A stretch of DNA of 64,000 nt, from assembly GCA_963719515.1 (NCBI GenBank), contig CAVRCJ010000010.1, positions 288,001 to 352,000 on the forward strand, given 5' to 3'. Within the stretch, counting starts at the first letter, position 1; each line of letters begins with the position of its first letter. The translations under genes were made by a program, and so were the position numbers. This DNA is from an uncultured cyanobacterium (GTDB lineage: Bacteria; Cyanobacteriota; Cyanobacteriia; CAKZMO01). Positions 63,745 through 64,000 of the stretch are shown piece after piece. Below the pieces are notes generated by a model. The model saw only the letters and a list, made by a program, of their open reading frames with translations, had not been told where the DNA came from and ran no database searches.

Positions 63745-64000
63745 GGCGATTTCGACTCGTAATTGGGCGAACTATTGTATCTATAGTCACAATTAATTCA
63801 CAGCAAATTCTCACGTTTTGTCGCATTGGCTACAACTTCAGTAAAGCTTAAGATGTAGCCGACAGCTGGCGCGGGAGTTGCCTAGAGCGAGAGTTGCCTC
63901 TATCGGCGGCAGCTGGTCTCAGCCGCCCAGACAGTCTGGTCCGATGACCTTTAGCCCTGATAGCGGCCTTTAGCCACAGCTCGAATTGAATTGGACCGAG

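Overview
Chromosomal window from a cyanobacterium. Evidence: very frequent HIP1 octamer GCGATCGC, PSRP-3/Ycf65, an SLH-type porin and cyanobacterial atpD-atpC; the style suggests a Leptolyngbya/Nodosilinea-like genome, which is inference only. Core content: a purine/urate catabolism cluster (NCS2 permease, porin, GntR, uraH, hpxO), uup, a REC-GAF-SpoIIE/anti-sigma pair, ispH, an Omp85, murG, two prepilin-like genes, miaB, atpD/atpC, pgm, moeB, recJ, a larE-like gene, an ECF sigma/anti-sigma/CHRD locus, glgP and three tRNAs (Ser-TGA, Pro-TGG, Thr-TGT). Main accessory observations: (1) Seven IS200/IS605 elements in two sub-families: one tnpA+tnpB element, one tnpB-only element, one deletion derivative, and two pairs of ~0.4 kb ORF-less elements that keep a promoter and an omegaRNA-like right end. 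One base of the left-end guide tetranucleotide co-varies with the target (AAGC with TTTAG, AAGT with TTTAA). (2) A ~10.6 kb island apparently integrated inside the Mov34/JAMM gene upstream of moeB, with the displaced 3' end still visible. It carries a decayed TIR-AAA_35 gene, an AAA_35-TM-TPR gene, small nuclease-like genes, an XRE switch and a 189-bp TIR-MITE with a 10-bp target duplication. (3) Two divergent GGATCC-N16-CGTA ECF-type promoters and an unannotated 35-aa membrane peptide. No CRISPR array, rRNA, integrase or reverse transcriptase was seen. All family calls come from motif recognition by eye; no searches were run.
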